From Ostrea edulis (lineage: Eukaryota): a stretch of 64,000 nucleotides of DNA. Shown here piece by piece: positions 12,923-25,707 of this stretch (position 1 is the stretch's first letter; each line of letters starts with the position of its first letter). Position numbers and translations under genes: made by a program. The notes beneath the pieces were generated by a model that was not told where the DNA came from, ran no database searches, and saw only the letters and a program-made list of their open reading frames with translations. Location of the stretch: assembly GCF_947568905.1 (NCBI RefSeq), contig NC_079172.1, positions 43,214,001 through 43,278,000 of the forward strand, given 5' to 3'.

Positions 12923-14334
12923 TAAAATCTGAAGTTATACCAAAATAAATTATGTGTGTTTCCTACTTTACTACCCCCAAAATTATGTAGGGTTACCAGT
13001 TAAAACATTTAATTCAAAATCTTGGTTTTTGATATGCTTCCATGTCTATATACAAATACAATTACTTTTCAAATACTTTGACGATCAATAGTTGTCAAAA
13101 TGTAGATCAGACAACTTGAACACAAAAAGCAAAATATTTCCAGTTTGAAAATTATATATATATAAATATATCGATAAAATCTTGAGGGTTGATAGAGAAA
13201 ATGTTGTTAGGGTCGGTAAACCGGAAACACACATATTTTATTTTGGCTGTTGTGATATTTCCAATCACCATGATATCTAGTTTATATACAACTGAAGTGT
13301 AGAATAAAAATGCATAAAATTTAAAGGTAATAAAGTCTATCCTGTTTTTTCAACTACATGAATGTTTGCATCACTAATTTAATGGACACCAATTATTACA
13401 GAATCATGAGCCATTCTAACAAGTTAACTAAGTTCACCAAATGTTTATGGCGAATATATTCTTTGTTATTGAATTATGAGAACTTGTTTTCCCAAAAATA
13501 TATATTTAATTAAGGAGGTACTCTACATCATCATAATGGCTGAACATGCAAAATACTAGTGCATCAGCTCCAACTGCGCGAAGTGTTTAATATACTAAAA
13601 TAAGTGCACATAAGATATTCAGTTTCTTTTGACATCAAATTTCTTCATTATAATCTACATGTTACTTCAAGCATTATCTTTTTGTCTCTATTGAGATTCA
13701 CCACTGACATATTAAATCACACAAAGTAACAATGACACTTGAACCATTTATTTTAGCTTAAATAACTTTTGCAATATGTTGTACAAGTTAACTGGTCACA
13801 TCTGCACAATCTCTGCTGTCTGCACTGTGATGTATCACATTTATTAAAGCAAAACCGTGTTATATCTGTACTTGAAAAGCGATCAAAATACTCTTACGAA
13901 TTGAGATAAGTTACAGAACCATTAGATATTAAGTCCCGGTGTATGATACTAGCGTGTGCATCGATAAGCCTGCTATACTTAAACATGCATCAAAGGAAAA
14001 CTAAATGGTTTACTGTAACAATGGCTAATTATCTTTACACTATTCAATGAGCACATTAAAAAATGTACTATACAGTAAAACATGCTTAAAAAGAAATTCA
14101 TGCTTAGTGTGACGTGCTATTTATTCCCCTATAAGAGGAAATTTGCGACAAGGTTTGGTTTTAATGAATTGTTCTTCACTGATTCTGTAAGTTTGTTACG
14201 ACTTTGTTTCTATACGATAAATGATGTACAACAGGGTGATTGAACTTAGCATTGAAAGGAATAAACAGAAAGTTACCATACAAAATAACTGATAACATGC
14301 ACAAACTTAGCACTGTGTCATATCAGTTCTCAAT

Positions 14335-17300
14335 TTAAACATGTGGATCTCTTAGTCGTATAAAAGGTTGTCTTGGCTTATGTCGGTGTATCACAGTTGA
14401 TAATCCAACAAATGAATTCTGGAAGGGGTTCCTATCCACTGTGAAACCTTGACACTTAAATGTACGCTTTGGAATGAGGGTCATCACATTTGCTTCCTGT
14501 AAATCTTTGAACACCTTTAATACATCACCCTTGTAACTGGGAATGTGATGGAAGCCCTTTCTCTTTCTGATCTCAGTAATGCTGTCAAAATGGCCGACTA
14601 AGTTTATTAAATGAGGATATTCCTTTGAGTGGGCGAGGATACTTTCCTTTGTTTTGTGACCAGAGCAGGCAATTTTACTATCTCTATTCAACATCTCAAG
14701 GTATTCATCTAAGGACACATTGTTGTTCTTTCCTCCTTGCAAATTGACAAAGCGATTGGCAATTAGACGTTCCTTTTGATTATCACAGAGAATACCAGAT
14801 GTTAGAGATGTTAAATGAATAGAACCAATAGCGTATTTCACTTTGTTAGTGAGATGGTATACAGGTAGTTCATATTTTGCGGATCGCACAGCCCTTTCGC
14901 CATCCCCCATGTCCACAGAAGTATCCAAATTCTTGTGCAAAATTACAAGTTTGAAAAGCATCATCAGGTAATCCTGCATTTGGTCTTGGTTTTTATTTTT
15001 TGGTTTTTTCGATGGTTTGGCAATATGAACATCATGGATTTTTTGTTCATGAGTTTGCAATGACACAACATGCGCATAGGTTTTATCACAGTGGTGGCAC
15101 TTAAATCTCCCTTCCTCTCGTGTTGATGTCCAATAGTTTTCAGGATGCTGTGGATCACACACAATATCTCGAACATTTTGGAATATGTCATTAGTGTTGT
15201 CAAAGAAATGTTTCCTCAAAATGTTTTCACTCACTGAATCAATGTACTCTATCTTTTCTCTGTTTGACAATACTGCAAAGTTGGACGGCAGATCTATTTC
15301 TTGGTCAATGTCTGAAACACCCATGTGATGTAGAAAAAGCAGCAAACAGATGGCATCCAGGATCACATAATACAACATCTTGTATGCTCGGTATGCATTA
15401 TACACATGACCTTTGACATTTCTCATGTTCAGGAAATTTCTGCAATTCATACACAAGAATTTTTTACACACCATTCAAAATTTACAAAACCGTTAAATAA
15501 ATGAAGTACACACAAAATATAAGTTTCTTATAAAAGTATACATACCTGTAATAGTATACTGTGCCTCGGTCCATAGCACTATATGTTGAATAAGTGAGCT
15601 TGTGTATGGCCTACAATTACATATTAATATTGCAATCAAATTATAAAGAAGTTAGTACCAAAGCACTAATCTCAAATATTTCAAGTACAAACACAAAATT
15701 TATATAAGGGTATGGATTTGTGCATGTTAGCCACTGATAAGAAATTTCAGGTCAGAACTCTTTGCACATATATCAGGAAGTTTCTTTACATATTGTAAAT
15801 CAGAAAAACATGCATTTTCATCAATGATACCTCTAGGAAATTCATCAATCTGTGAAAGTCTTCAATTTTTGAGACAAAGCCTTGAAGTCTTTGAAGCTGT
15901 GTTTCAGCATTATTCATGGCCTTTTGGGCTGCTTGCACCCGTTCATCAGTTAACCTATCGCCTAATAATAAAAAAATAATTAATTCACACTTGAATTGTT
16001 TATTGGATATCATGATTCTAGAAATTGACGATTGCCCAAACATTTTTCACAGACTGCATATATTGGAATTTTAAATTACTATTTTGCCAAAATGAAGATC
16101 AATACCTGCATTACACACATGTGCACACTATTACATCTCTTTGGTATAATGTATTATAAATTAGAGATCCCACACACACCCCTAAATCCATATGAGAAAA
16201 CAAACCTCCAAAAAATACAGGTTCCACAACTTCTCCATCCCTGCAAGGAACATATGTAGACAAGGTCTTCAAAAGACGTATCAATTCTGGTGTCTTATTT
16301 TCATTACAGTCGAAAAGACCAAGTGGGTACTGAATAAAAAAATAATTTAAGATCATATGCAAAATTCTGTAATTAATCAATGATAATATTCTCTAATTAA
16401 TCGAAGATAATATAAACTATTACATAAAGTACATGGTACACACCTTTCAACAATAATTATAAATTTCAGTAAAATGAAAACTTAGAAATAGAAGAAAACT
16501 CATGACTTACTTGTTTAGTTTTGTTTCCTGCACAGTAGGAATATTTATGCTCTAAATGTTTTGGATAAATTTTTCCATATTCTTTCTGCAAGTGGGGATG
16601 ATTTTCAATGACAGAAGTGGAGAAGAGAAATGTTAGTTCCTTCATTAGTTTCTGTTGGTCTTCAATGGATGGAAGAAAAGTTGAAATTTCAATTTCATGG
16701 GAAGGAGGACTGTGGGAGCTGTGTTCAGTTGGAATTACTCTGTCCAGGATGGCATAAACGTGAAAGAGATGAAGAGAGAGAGTTTTCCTGTCAGACGTTC
16801 TATACGATGGAAGGATGTTTTTGTCCCAGTTGTCCCCAATTATTTGGTATTTTACATTTCCTCCTTCAACCCAAGAATCACGGATTTCTAAAATTTCTTT
16901 GTCCAGTATTTTTTGCCAGTCACAAAGCTTTCTCTTCAAAGTCAATGGGTGGACAGTCAATCCTATATGTGACAGTCGTTCAATGTCCTAAAATTAAGAT
17001 TTAAATATTGTCAATATCAAGTTTTACTGTACAGATTGGAATGCCACATTAATTCTAATAAAGAGTTATGTTTACAGGAAATAAATATTACATATATTTT
17101 GCATAAACAAAATGAAAATTTACCCGCTGTGTACATCCACCATGATTTAGCAGAAATCCATTCATGTACTGCAAAACTGTCATCTCTTGGCTTCTTCCAT
17201 GTAGTGCAATACCTACAGTTTGTAGGGCATGGAGAAATGGTTTGCTTCCAATAACAGGTGGTATGTCTGAAACGGTAGCTGTAATGATTGACAGTAGTGC

Positions 17301-20300
17301 TGGGCACATTGTTTCAAGTTGTTTGTGTAAATTTTCCCACCGGAAACTGAAAAAGTCTGCATTGCTTTTCTTTTGTAGAAGACTGCCCGATCCCCTCTTA
17401 CAAATTGCTTTACATTCCTCCTGCACAATCTTTTGAGAGCCGCGTACCAATTCCAATGGACTAGACTTCCGCAGAATGTCAACTATGACAGTTTCTGTAT
17501 TTCCTCCTCTTGCTATAGCTTTGCATATCTGTTGGTGGGTGTCCTCTTTGATGATTGACGACTTTCTCCCACTTGGATAGTGCAGTACAACCTAGCATTT
17601 AAAACATAAAAGATATTACCTAAAAATATATTACCTACAAATTATACAGACATGTGCGTATATCTAATATGTTACAAAGAAATATATTTAACGATTTAGT
17701 GTTTGATCTCAGTGTTGTTAACAGCAACAAATCTATATAGTTTTAGACTTATTTGATAGAAAATTACTGCTTGAGCACTTAATGTCAAATTCTTGAGAAC
17801 ACGTTGGACCTCTCTTCCCCCCCCCCCTTGTAAAACTTTATTTTAAACTATATTTATTTCAAAAACATAAGAACATGATTACACATATCATTTGAATAGT
17901 TGAGATCAAAATCAAGCAAAGATGCACTTATATCAATTCTACTTCCATTAAAACTTTGATTCCATATTTTACCCCATGATTTGAACGATCTTGAACCTAC
18001 ACTATATCAGGAAATTTTCACAAGTTTTATCTTTCCAGACCCAGTGCTTCTTCAGTTGAGAACCCTAGTCATATATGAATCTGTACAAAGAACTGCATAC
18101 ATACTATCACTAATCATGGCCAGTGGTCTTTGATAAGGAAATTGCTAAAGATTATATATATTTAATGTCAAAATGGAGCCCCCTCCCTCATGATTTGAAG
18201 AAACTGCAATATGCAGATGGTCTTGTTGGACTCAATGTATTATCAGAAAATCTCACTTGAGCTTTCAGCTGAGCTTAATAGTCAACAGATGCACAAACAG
18301 ACAAAAAGTTATCAGAAAAACTTACTTGACCTTTTGTTTCAAGTAAGCTAAGAAAAACTCCACTTTGGCAGAGAAACATAGTGTTAAAATCAACTCAAAG
18401 ATAAATGAATTGGTTAGTCATTTACAATTCTATAGCTAAGCATGCACAACAGACCTACAGTTTGGGGTAAGTACTGATAAATCCAAACCTCAAACAAATT
18501 GTAGTGTTGGAGATATCTTTTTAACATATGAATTTTCTGAAAGCTATAAATTTCATATATGTATCTAAATCTCAAGGAACTTGAAATGTACCCTGTGAAC
18601 AGAGACTACAATCGATGAACACAGTGATTTTTCTACATTTTTTATAAGGGTCCTGTGGCTTTAAAACTGGGAAAAATTGTCGACATTTCAGTCAAATTCA
18701 ATTTTATCGTAAATAAGTTTTAAAATCATATCTAACATTATTTTATCTTTATTTTACTAATCTAGTTTTCTTTAACCTTCTAAAATTTTCAACTATTCTA
18801 TCCAAATCATCATTCCCATAACTCTTTGTTAAGTTTCACATATAGAATGTTTATTTCTTTCAAATACGTTTTCCTTTCACAATTTTATTATTGGGAAAAA
18901 TGTAAGCTAAATTGGGAAAGAATTAGCAATTTTTAGGAGGGGAGAGGGCCGAAATTCTGACCCAAAATGGGCCTTAAAAAATCACTGGAACAGAAAATTC
19001 AAAACAAACGTTGAAACAAATCAAAAGAAAAAGGAAAACAAAATTAACAATTTTCAACAATTTTAACATTGCACCTCTACTTTTCCATCAAGAGAGCATT
19101 TGTCTGATTTTGGTTTGCTCTCTTTGTCACTGAATAAGGATCTCTTTGAAGATTTTGGAACTGTATCTGTCACAATGACGTACATATATATGTATTAAAA
19201 TGCAAAAGACCAATCAATACCTTTCATGATTTTAAGCCTTGAAAGTCTAATTATCATTCTTGATACATTTTAAGACTTTGGTATAAATGTAAACATACCT
19301 GGTCTCTCTGTCTTTGGTGCAATAGAGACAACACTGTATCCAGTGTCTGGGACCTGTTAACATACACAAAAATTGCAAATACCTTAACAGCATACCAAAA
19401 CATACACATACATGTACTGTCAATATTTATTTAATGATTGACTAAACATTATCTTTCATATGAGTTAATGTACCTGTAAAAGTTTCTTCCAGGATTCTTC
19501 TCCAAGCAACAGGGGTGGTTGTGATCCTGTGATGCTGCCTACGATAAAGGGGGCAAGAGGCTTTAGTTTTTGAGGTGTCACTCTTCGAATCGGTACTAAC
19601 ATAGTAGATGTCTCTGTCTCCTCTGAGGCTTTCGAGCGTTTCCCAATTCCCAAAACTCCTGGACTTCTAATTTCTCTCTTCTTAATGACTGTTTTTGATG
19701 GTGAGGGCACAGTAACACTATATCTGCAAAGTTTTCATAAGTTTTATAGGTTTAACATGACCCATAACATGAAATGAGTATATATAGAATATGAGTATAT
19801 ATACTTATGATAAGATACTTCCATTGATCATGAAATTCAAGCTAGATATGGAAAGAAATAAGGTAATTTTCATTACAGCATTTTTTGTATGTATGTTGAC
19901 AATTCTCTTCAGAAACATATCTTACCAAAATGTACCAATTAAATTTATCTAGTATATATACATTTCAAATATTTTTCAATCTGAGTTGAAGGTAATAAAT
20001 GTTGAGTCTATGGGATTCGCGGAAACACAGAATAAAAACACCAATAAATATACACTAATTTATCAATAATTTTTTTTTACAGGATTTCAGTTCATCCATC
20101 TTGAATAACTACAGTACACCAAAATAAATGACGCGACGGCACATTCATTTTCCTGTAGGTACTCCTACTAGAGTTTAGAGCTTTTATTTACTGGTACAAC
20201 TAAGAATCCCAGAAATCCTTATTTGTTGCTGCTTCTTGCTACATCTGATCTTAACATTGATCAGCTGTTGATACCGGTGTTCAGGCTTCACATCATGTGA

Positions 20301-20658
20301 CATTTAAGCAATAACTCTCCTTATTATACACTAACCTTGACATGGTTGATCGTATGTTACTTGTAAATCTCTCCCTTGCCTCCATCGCCTCTTTTTCCAA
20401 TTTGCGCACCCTGTCCATGGCCCGAAAACATTTCTGACATACACCCGCGTCACCAGGAAAACAAGTCTCTTTCTTCACATCACACACGTTCAGTAACGTT
20501 TCCAATCTTTCACGTGTTAATCTTAATTTTTTATCCAAACACTTTTGAACTTTTATGCTGCCTAATTCATCTACAAACTTTGTAACAAACGAAAACCCGC
20601 ACACAACACAAATGTTTCCAAACGAATAGCATTTGACAGGCGTAATGCGCGCCGCCAT
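14335..20658 (-). CDS. Academ-family transposase (DUF6589-like), 10 exons, 1029 aa
   Basis: Exons (-): 20658-20336, 19723-19474, 19353-19299, 19166-19075, 17591-17124, 16987-16511, 16329-16206, 15961-15831, 15610-15546, 15439-14335. Total 3090 nt, all GT-AG, phases consistent, no internal stops. Motifs IGDNWD..R..SLHLF, GGDRLT, KIEDFH, LDEYLE; N-terminal CxxC..CxxC; internal C2H2 finger. Confidence 0.88.
17970..18353 (+). mobile_element. Helentron/HINE-like repeat fragment in transposase intron 4
   Basis: Shares CCATGATTTGAAC...TATCAGGAA and CACTTGAGCTTTCAGCT motifs with 29346-30531. Confidence 0.55.
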
Positions 20659-20772
20659 TGTCTTGGTTCGGATCACGTTTTTTTTTTTTTTTTACATTCG
20701 GAACCACTCTAGACTTATTCCCTTCGACGAGCATTTAAAGAGTTTGCCAGATGTGATTTCATTGGTCAATTG

Positions 20773-20866
20773 AATTTGACCTCTGACGTGACCCTCCATG
20801 GGATGTTGTTAGATGTTATGTATGCGAGTACGCGAGCGGATCAAACATCTAATTTTAATTAGATTG
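20773..20866 (-). repeat. Right terminal inverted repeat (94 bp)
   Basis: Reverse complement of 10191-10284; followed by the TSD GTATCGCTT. Confidence 0.97.
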
Positions 20867-21026
20867 GTATCGCTTTTAAAAAGAATTCTTAAAAAGTATA
20901 TGTAACATTAAAAAAAATTGTTTAAGAAGTAGAGAACTTGAAAGTGAAAAGGAAGTGCCAGGAAATGTTCAGAATGCAGGACAGAATGCAAGATCGAGTT
21001 GCACCATTTACCCTACTGGGACTAAC

Positions 21027-21037
<11 letters not shown>

Positions 21038-21104
<67 letters not shown>

Positions 21105-21119
21105 CTCTCTCTCTCTCTC
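21038..21119. repeat. (CT)n microsatellite
   Basis: Direct reading. Other (CT/GA)n tracts near 28613, 42498, 47500, 53472; (TA)n near 33248, 40005, 40409, 58075. Confidence 0.95.
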
Positions 21120-21264
21120 ATTTCTTTGCGATATCAGACATAGATAGCGGATGGACGTTGTGAAAAGTATCTAAAAGATCAAGTGCTGACCCCCCTCCCC
21201 CTCCCCTACTTCAAAAATTCCTGCATCCGTTTCTGTAAGCTCAAATTACAGAGATAGAATGATA

Positions 21265-21788
21265 CCCTAATACGCAAGTTCCGAGTTTCCCAAAAGTTAT
21301 TTCCCTTTGTCTCTTTCGCATTTTATGACGTATGGTGGGTACACAATGTATACATTATATCGTAGACTGGCATTGTACATAACGATTACGTACGATTAAT
21401 GTAATAAAAGCGTAACTTTTGTTTATATCAATCACTGGTATGCATATTCTGGTCATATCAAGCATAATTTGTTTGAATAAGATCATCAAATAGGCTATTG
21501 AATCATTATTCGTTTCCTCTTCTACATGAGTGACGCTTTTATCAAAGAAAGATGTCAATTAACAATATTTGTTTGAGCCATTTTGTTATCCAATACTCAT
21601 AAACTCACTAAAGTTGCCTTTTCCCTGAGATAGGATGGTCTCAGAAACTCTGGATATCATCTTTTAAGAAATAATACAACGATAGTAAATAGCAAATGTA
21701 CCCACTGTCATCATATTTTACGTCATAATTTACGGAAGAGTTCGACAAAGGGAAATAACTCTTGGGGAACTCGGAACTTCCGTATTGG
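21265..21788. mobile_element. MITE with ~65-bp imperfect TIRs, probable TA TSD
   Basis: AATACGCAAGTTCCGAGTTTCCCAAAAGTTATTTCCCTTTGTC (left) vs GACAAAGGGAAATAACTCTTGGGGAACTCGGAACTTCCGTATT (right); TA on both outer sides. Confidence 0.7.
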
Positions 21789-21922
21789 TATCCAGGTTTT
21801 CTGCAATTCGTTGTAGTTACTTCAGTGTGTATTTTTTACGACAAGTTTAATTTTTAGTGAATTACATGCTCAAACAAATGTGATAAAAGTTGATGATCAG
21901 CTATCGTCATATGCTGTTCCAC

Positions 21923-21958
<36 letters not shown>

Positions 21959-23152
21959 ACTCTAAATATATCTATGAGTGAGCAAAATATTTACGAAGGT
22001 AATGTGACCAGGTTTAAATACTATATGTTTTAAAGAGAAGAAATAATGGAGTTTGAATGATATCAATGTTGTTTATTTGTATTTGAATGCATGATGGTGC
22101 TCATTGTACATTGATAAAGTGGCTTTTTTATAGGATCCGAAACAGTGACATGTAAGAGAGTTGGTTGGCGGGGATTTCTATTTTCACTTTTGAGGATGCA
22201 GTAAACGGACGACAGGAGGGGAAGATGCGCATTTCCTCGTTGGATGATTTGTGTACATGTGCGGACGTGGATGTCATTTCAGCGAGTTCACTTGGATTTA
22301 AGAGGCTGAGCAAAGGCACAAAGAAAATGAATCCTGAGTATAGAGTCTGAACAAAGGATATTGCATCATTCCTGACATAGGCGTAGCTTGGGTTCGAATA
22401 TTACCGAGGCATGGGGTCTGGAGGGCGCAGCCCCCCAGAAGCTATCGACATTTTAACAACGTAAAAGGTGTTGGTTTTTTTTTTACCGAGGCAGCTGCCT
22501 CGGTTGCCTCAATGGAAGCTACGCCACTGCCTGATCAGGCAAGTCTAACTTATTCATGTATTTCATTTTATTTATCATTTCTATCTTTTTTTTTTAATAA
22601 TTTTTATTCGTTCATTGGTTTACAATATTACAGAAGGTGAAATGTACATTTGTAACTCTTTCTGTGTATGTGTATTTGTTTTAATTGGGGGGGGGGGTGT
22701 ATTATCAGTTTGTGTAGAGTGTCAATTTTGTGTATTCCTTAAAGATCAGTACCAGTGCCCTAAAGTTGAACATTGGGCAGATATGTAAATTGGTACTTGG
22801 TTGGTTCATGCAGTCCTCCTTGACATTGACAGAGCTTTCCCACGGAGACTATTTCTCCAAGTTATGCGTAGAGTGTCGGTCATCTATCTGTGTCTCGCAA
22901 GTACTTGGTGCAGACAGCTATCATTCTGAATGCCGTGAAGGAAGGGGATATAGACTTCCTTTGGAATGACGTACATACTCTATGTTGCGTCGCTTGTGGA
23001 GACCCACATCTTGAAGAGTGACCTTGACTTTTGACCTTGACCCCATTTTTTAAGTCAACCACTTAAGACCTTGTGGAGGAGAAAGTGATTTTGACCTTGA
23101 CCCACTTCCAAGGTCATTCAAGGTCAACAATCCTAGGATATAATGGGACTAC

Positions 23153-23435
23153 TCCTAAAGATGTAGATGGAGCTTTATGATAGAAAACGTCATTTTTCGG
23201 CCCCTATTTGCCCCCTGGGGTCAATATGAAAATTCCAAAACCTTATTGCACATCTACAGGACATTACTATTCAGCTCCTTGAATATCATGTGACTATTCC
23301 TAAAGATGTAGATGGAGTTTAAGTGACAAGCTTTGTGATAGAAAACGTCATTTTTCGGCCCCTATTTGCCCCCTGGGGCCAATATGAAAATTCCAAATCC
23401 TTATTGCCCATCTACAGGACATTACTATTCAGCTC
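23153..23435. repeat. Two tandem ~145-bp units inside a Helentron-like repeat
   Basis: TCCTAAAGATGTAGATGGAG...TTCAGCTC starts at 23153 and 23298; upstream TGACCTTGA motif repeats. Confidence 0.75.
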
Positions 23436-25707
23436 AGATGAATCTCCGGAAAGAACTGAACATCGCAGAGAATGTGGAACTGCACAAGGTAAGGGACGGT
23501 TTGGATTTGGATATGTAATTGAAACTGAACGCTTCTTTTGACTCGATAAATTTCTGTAATAGGTTTTTAACAACGACCTCGCTTCGATGTCTCGACATAA
23601 ACTTGGAAACCGACATCAATCACCTATTGCTTCTGTGGCACGGAGGCAGTGCGGTGTGTAGGTCTTAATGCACTTTAACGACTTATCGGCCATACATCCT
23701 ATGAATGACCACGAATTTTCCACACCATTTTGGGAATGGGGCCTGGGCCTTTAGAATTGGGAATTTTAACAGCATTTTGTCCAAATTGGGAATTTTAGAA
23801 ATTCAGTTTTACAACATATTTCTTAAACTACGCTCTTTTTTCAATAAAAAGAACATTTTCTCTTTATTCATGGAAATTTTCTTATCTTAATATTCTGTAT
23901 TTATACTTTTGAATACTAGATGAAATTTTTTTCAGTAGAAAAAAATATCGATGAAAATTTTAAAGTATATTGTATTGCTCTGAAATTTAATTGACATAAA
24001 CAGCCCAACCATATATAAATTATTTTTTAAATCATGATCCAGTTCATCATGAAACTGATACTATCTATGCCAATATATATACTTGTTCAATGAGTAGGAA
24101 AAGCACCAGGCATGGGAAGTTATATTTTCATATCCAATAAAATCATTTTGTAAAGTAAATATATCTCTAAATGTACATGTTATCTTCAAAGATTTATTTT
24201 CATACAAAGTACACGGAAAATACATTCTAAATATATATGATATTTACTTAATAACTCTCAGATAGGTAAAGGAAGTGGGTACAATAAGTGAAGCAACAAT
24301 ATAGCCTGTATTAATCAAAGAGAAAAATGGAGGAAATTCGGATTTATCGAACAGTTGCAGATATTTCTAGAGTGTTTTATAAGATGAACTATGATGGCAG
24401 TGCTGCTGAATTAGTTTTATGGAGAAAATTTGACGACAATAGAATCATGTAACATGTATTTTTCAAAGAAAATGAACAATCTAGTTAATTACTGCACTTT
24501 GAACAGGTGTACCGACGGACGAAAATTTCAGGTAGACCTTCCGATCTTTTGGTGGTCTCGGACCTCCGGTCCACAATTTGTGTCAAACCAATAAAATATA
24601 TTTTTTTCATTTGATAACTTTTTTTTAATCATTCCACTTTCCCCATGACATTTATTTGACTTGAATTGGAAAATTTTGCAGACAAATTGGGGGAAAATGC
24701 TACAATTTTTTTTTTCGGCCCCGACAACAGGGTGGAAAATCCCTTTAACAAGCCCAATGTCCAATTCCGCATCACCGATGACCAGGGTGTAGCAGACGAA
24801 ATTTTAGACATGTACACTAGGCCCCTAGTAACTAGGCCTAAAAATTGTAAATGTTTACAGAGATAGACTTCTGTTGTTAGCGAGAGCGATTGCTAGATGT
24901 GTATTGCCTTTAACAAAATGTTCATACGCACAGCCGACATCAATCACCTATGGCTGCTGTGGCACGGATGCAGTACGGTATGTAGGTCTTAATGCACTTT
25001 TGACTGTTGTGGATTTATGCAGTGATGGTAATCGCCGTGATTAAATTTTCCAACACATCTGCAAGTTTAACAGGAAACAGATCATTCACTACAGATTTGG
25101 TAGAACTCCTGACAATATGCCGGGTTTACACTCCATTTTCTTTCTGGCTACGTGCCTGAAATGCAGTTTTTTCGGTTGTGAATGTTTTATTTATTAACCC
25201 ATCTCATTGTATCTTGCATCATTTTTTACACCTCAATGCGACGAAGACACAAAGTTAGCTAGGCTCCAGTCCCCAAAATGTCCTTCCGGAAAGACCCAAG
25301 TTCAAATTTAAAACGTTTTTGGGGATCAATTTGTGGTACATCCCGATTATAGATACGAGTATCTCATCTCCAAGACCACAACGATCTCTCAGATTGAAAA
25401 CTTGAATACGTCTTTGTTTACCCTTAATATGAAACAGAAAATGCATGTTAAGTGAAATTCATTTTTTGACCAATATGGTGCTTCATACTATTTTCTTAGT
25501 CTCAAAGAGACGAAGCACGTGTAATCATTTAGGGTGACATAAGATTTTATGCCCCAAAACCTTTACAATTTAAAGTTCGAGAATCAACGGCGAGTTAAAA
25601 ATCACGGGATTTTCATATTTTATAAAACTAAAGTATATGAAAGCACTAGAAAATTGTTCATGATTTTTCAATTTTATTTCGTGACTTAGATATCACAGAA
25701 GACCGTC

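Larger units (their letters stand above)
10191..20866. mobile_element. Full-length AcademH-type DNA transposon (helicase + transposase), 10,676 bp
   Basis: Perfect 94-bp TIRs (10191-10284, 20773-20866). 9-bp TSD GTATCGCTT at 10182-10190 and 20867-20875. Convergent RecQ-like helicase and large spliced transposase, the organisation known for AcademH. Confidence 0.93.

Noticed and set aside
20938-21147. ORFs with poly-SL or poly-IY tracts (also near 33205, 39956, 42319)
   Set aside because: Translations of (CT)n, (GA)n and (TA)n microsatellites.
22128-22350. Possible coding exon (AG acceptor at ~22135, ORF 22165-22350)
   Set aside because: Stops in the acceptor-compatible frames, no partner exons and no recognisable motif.
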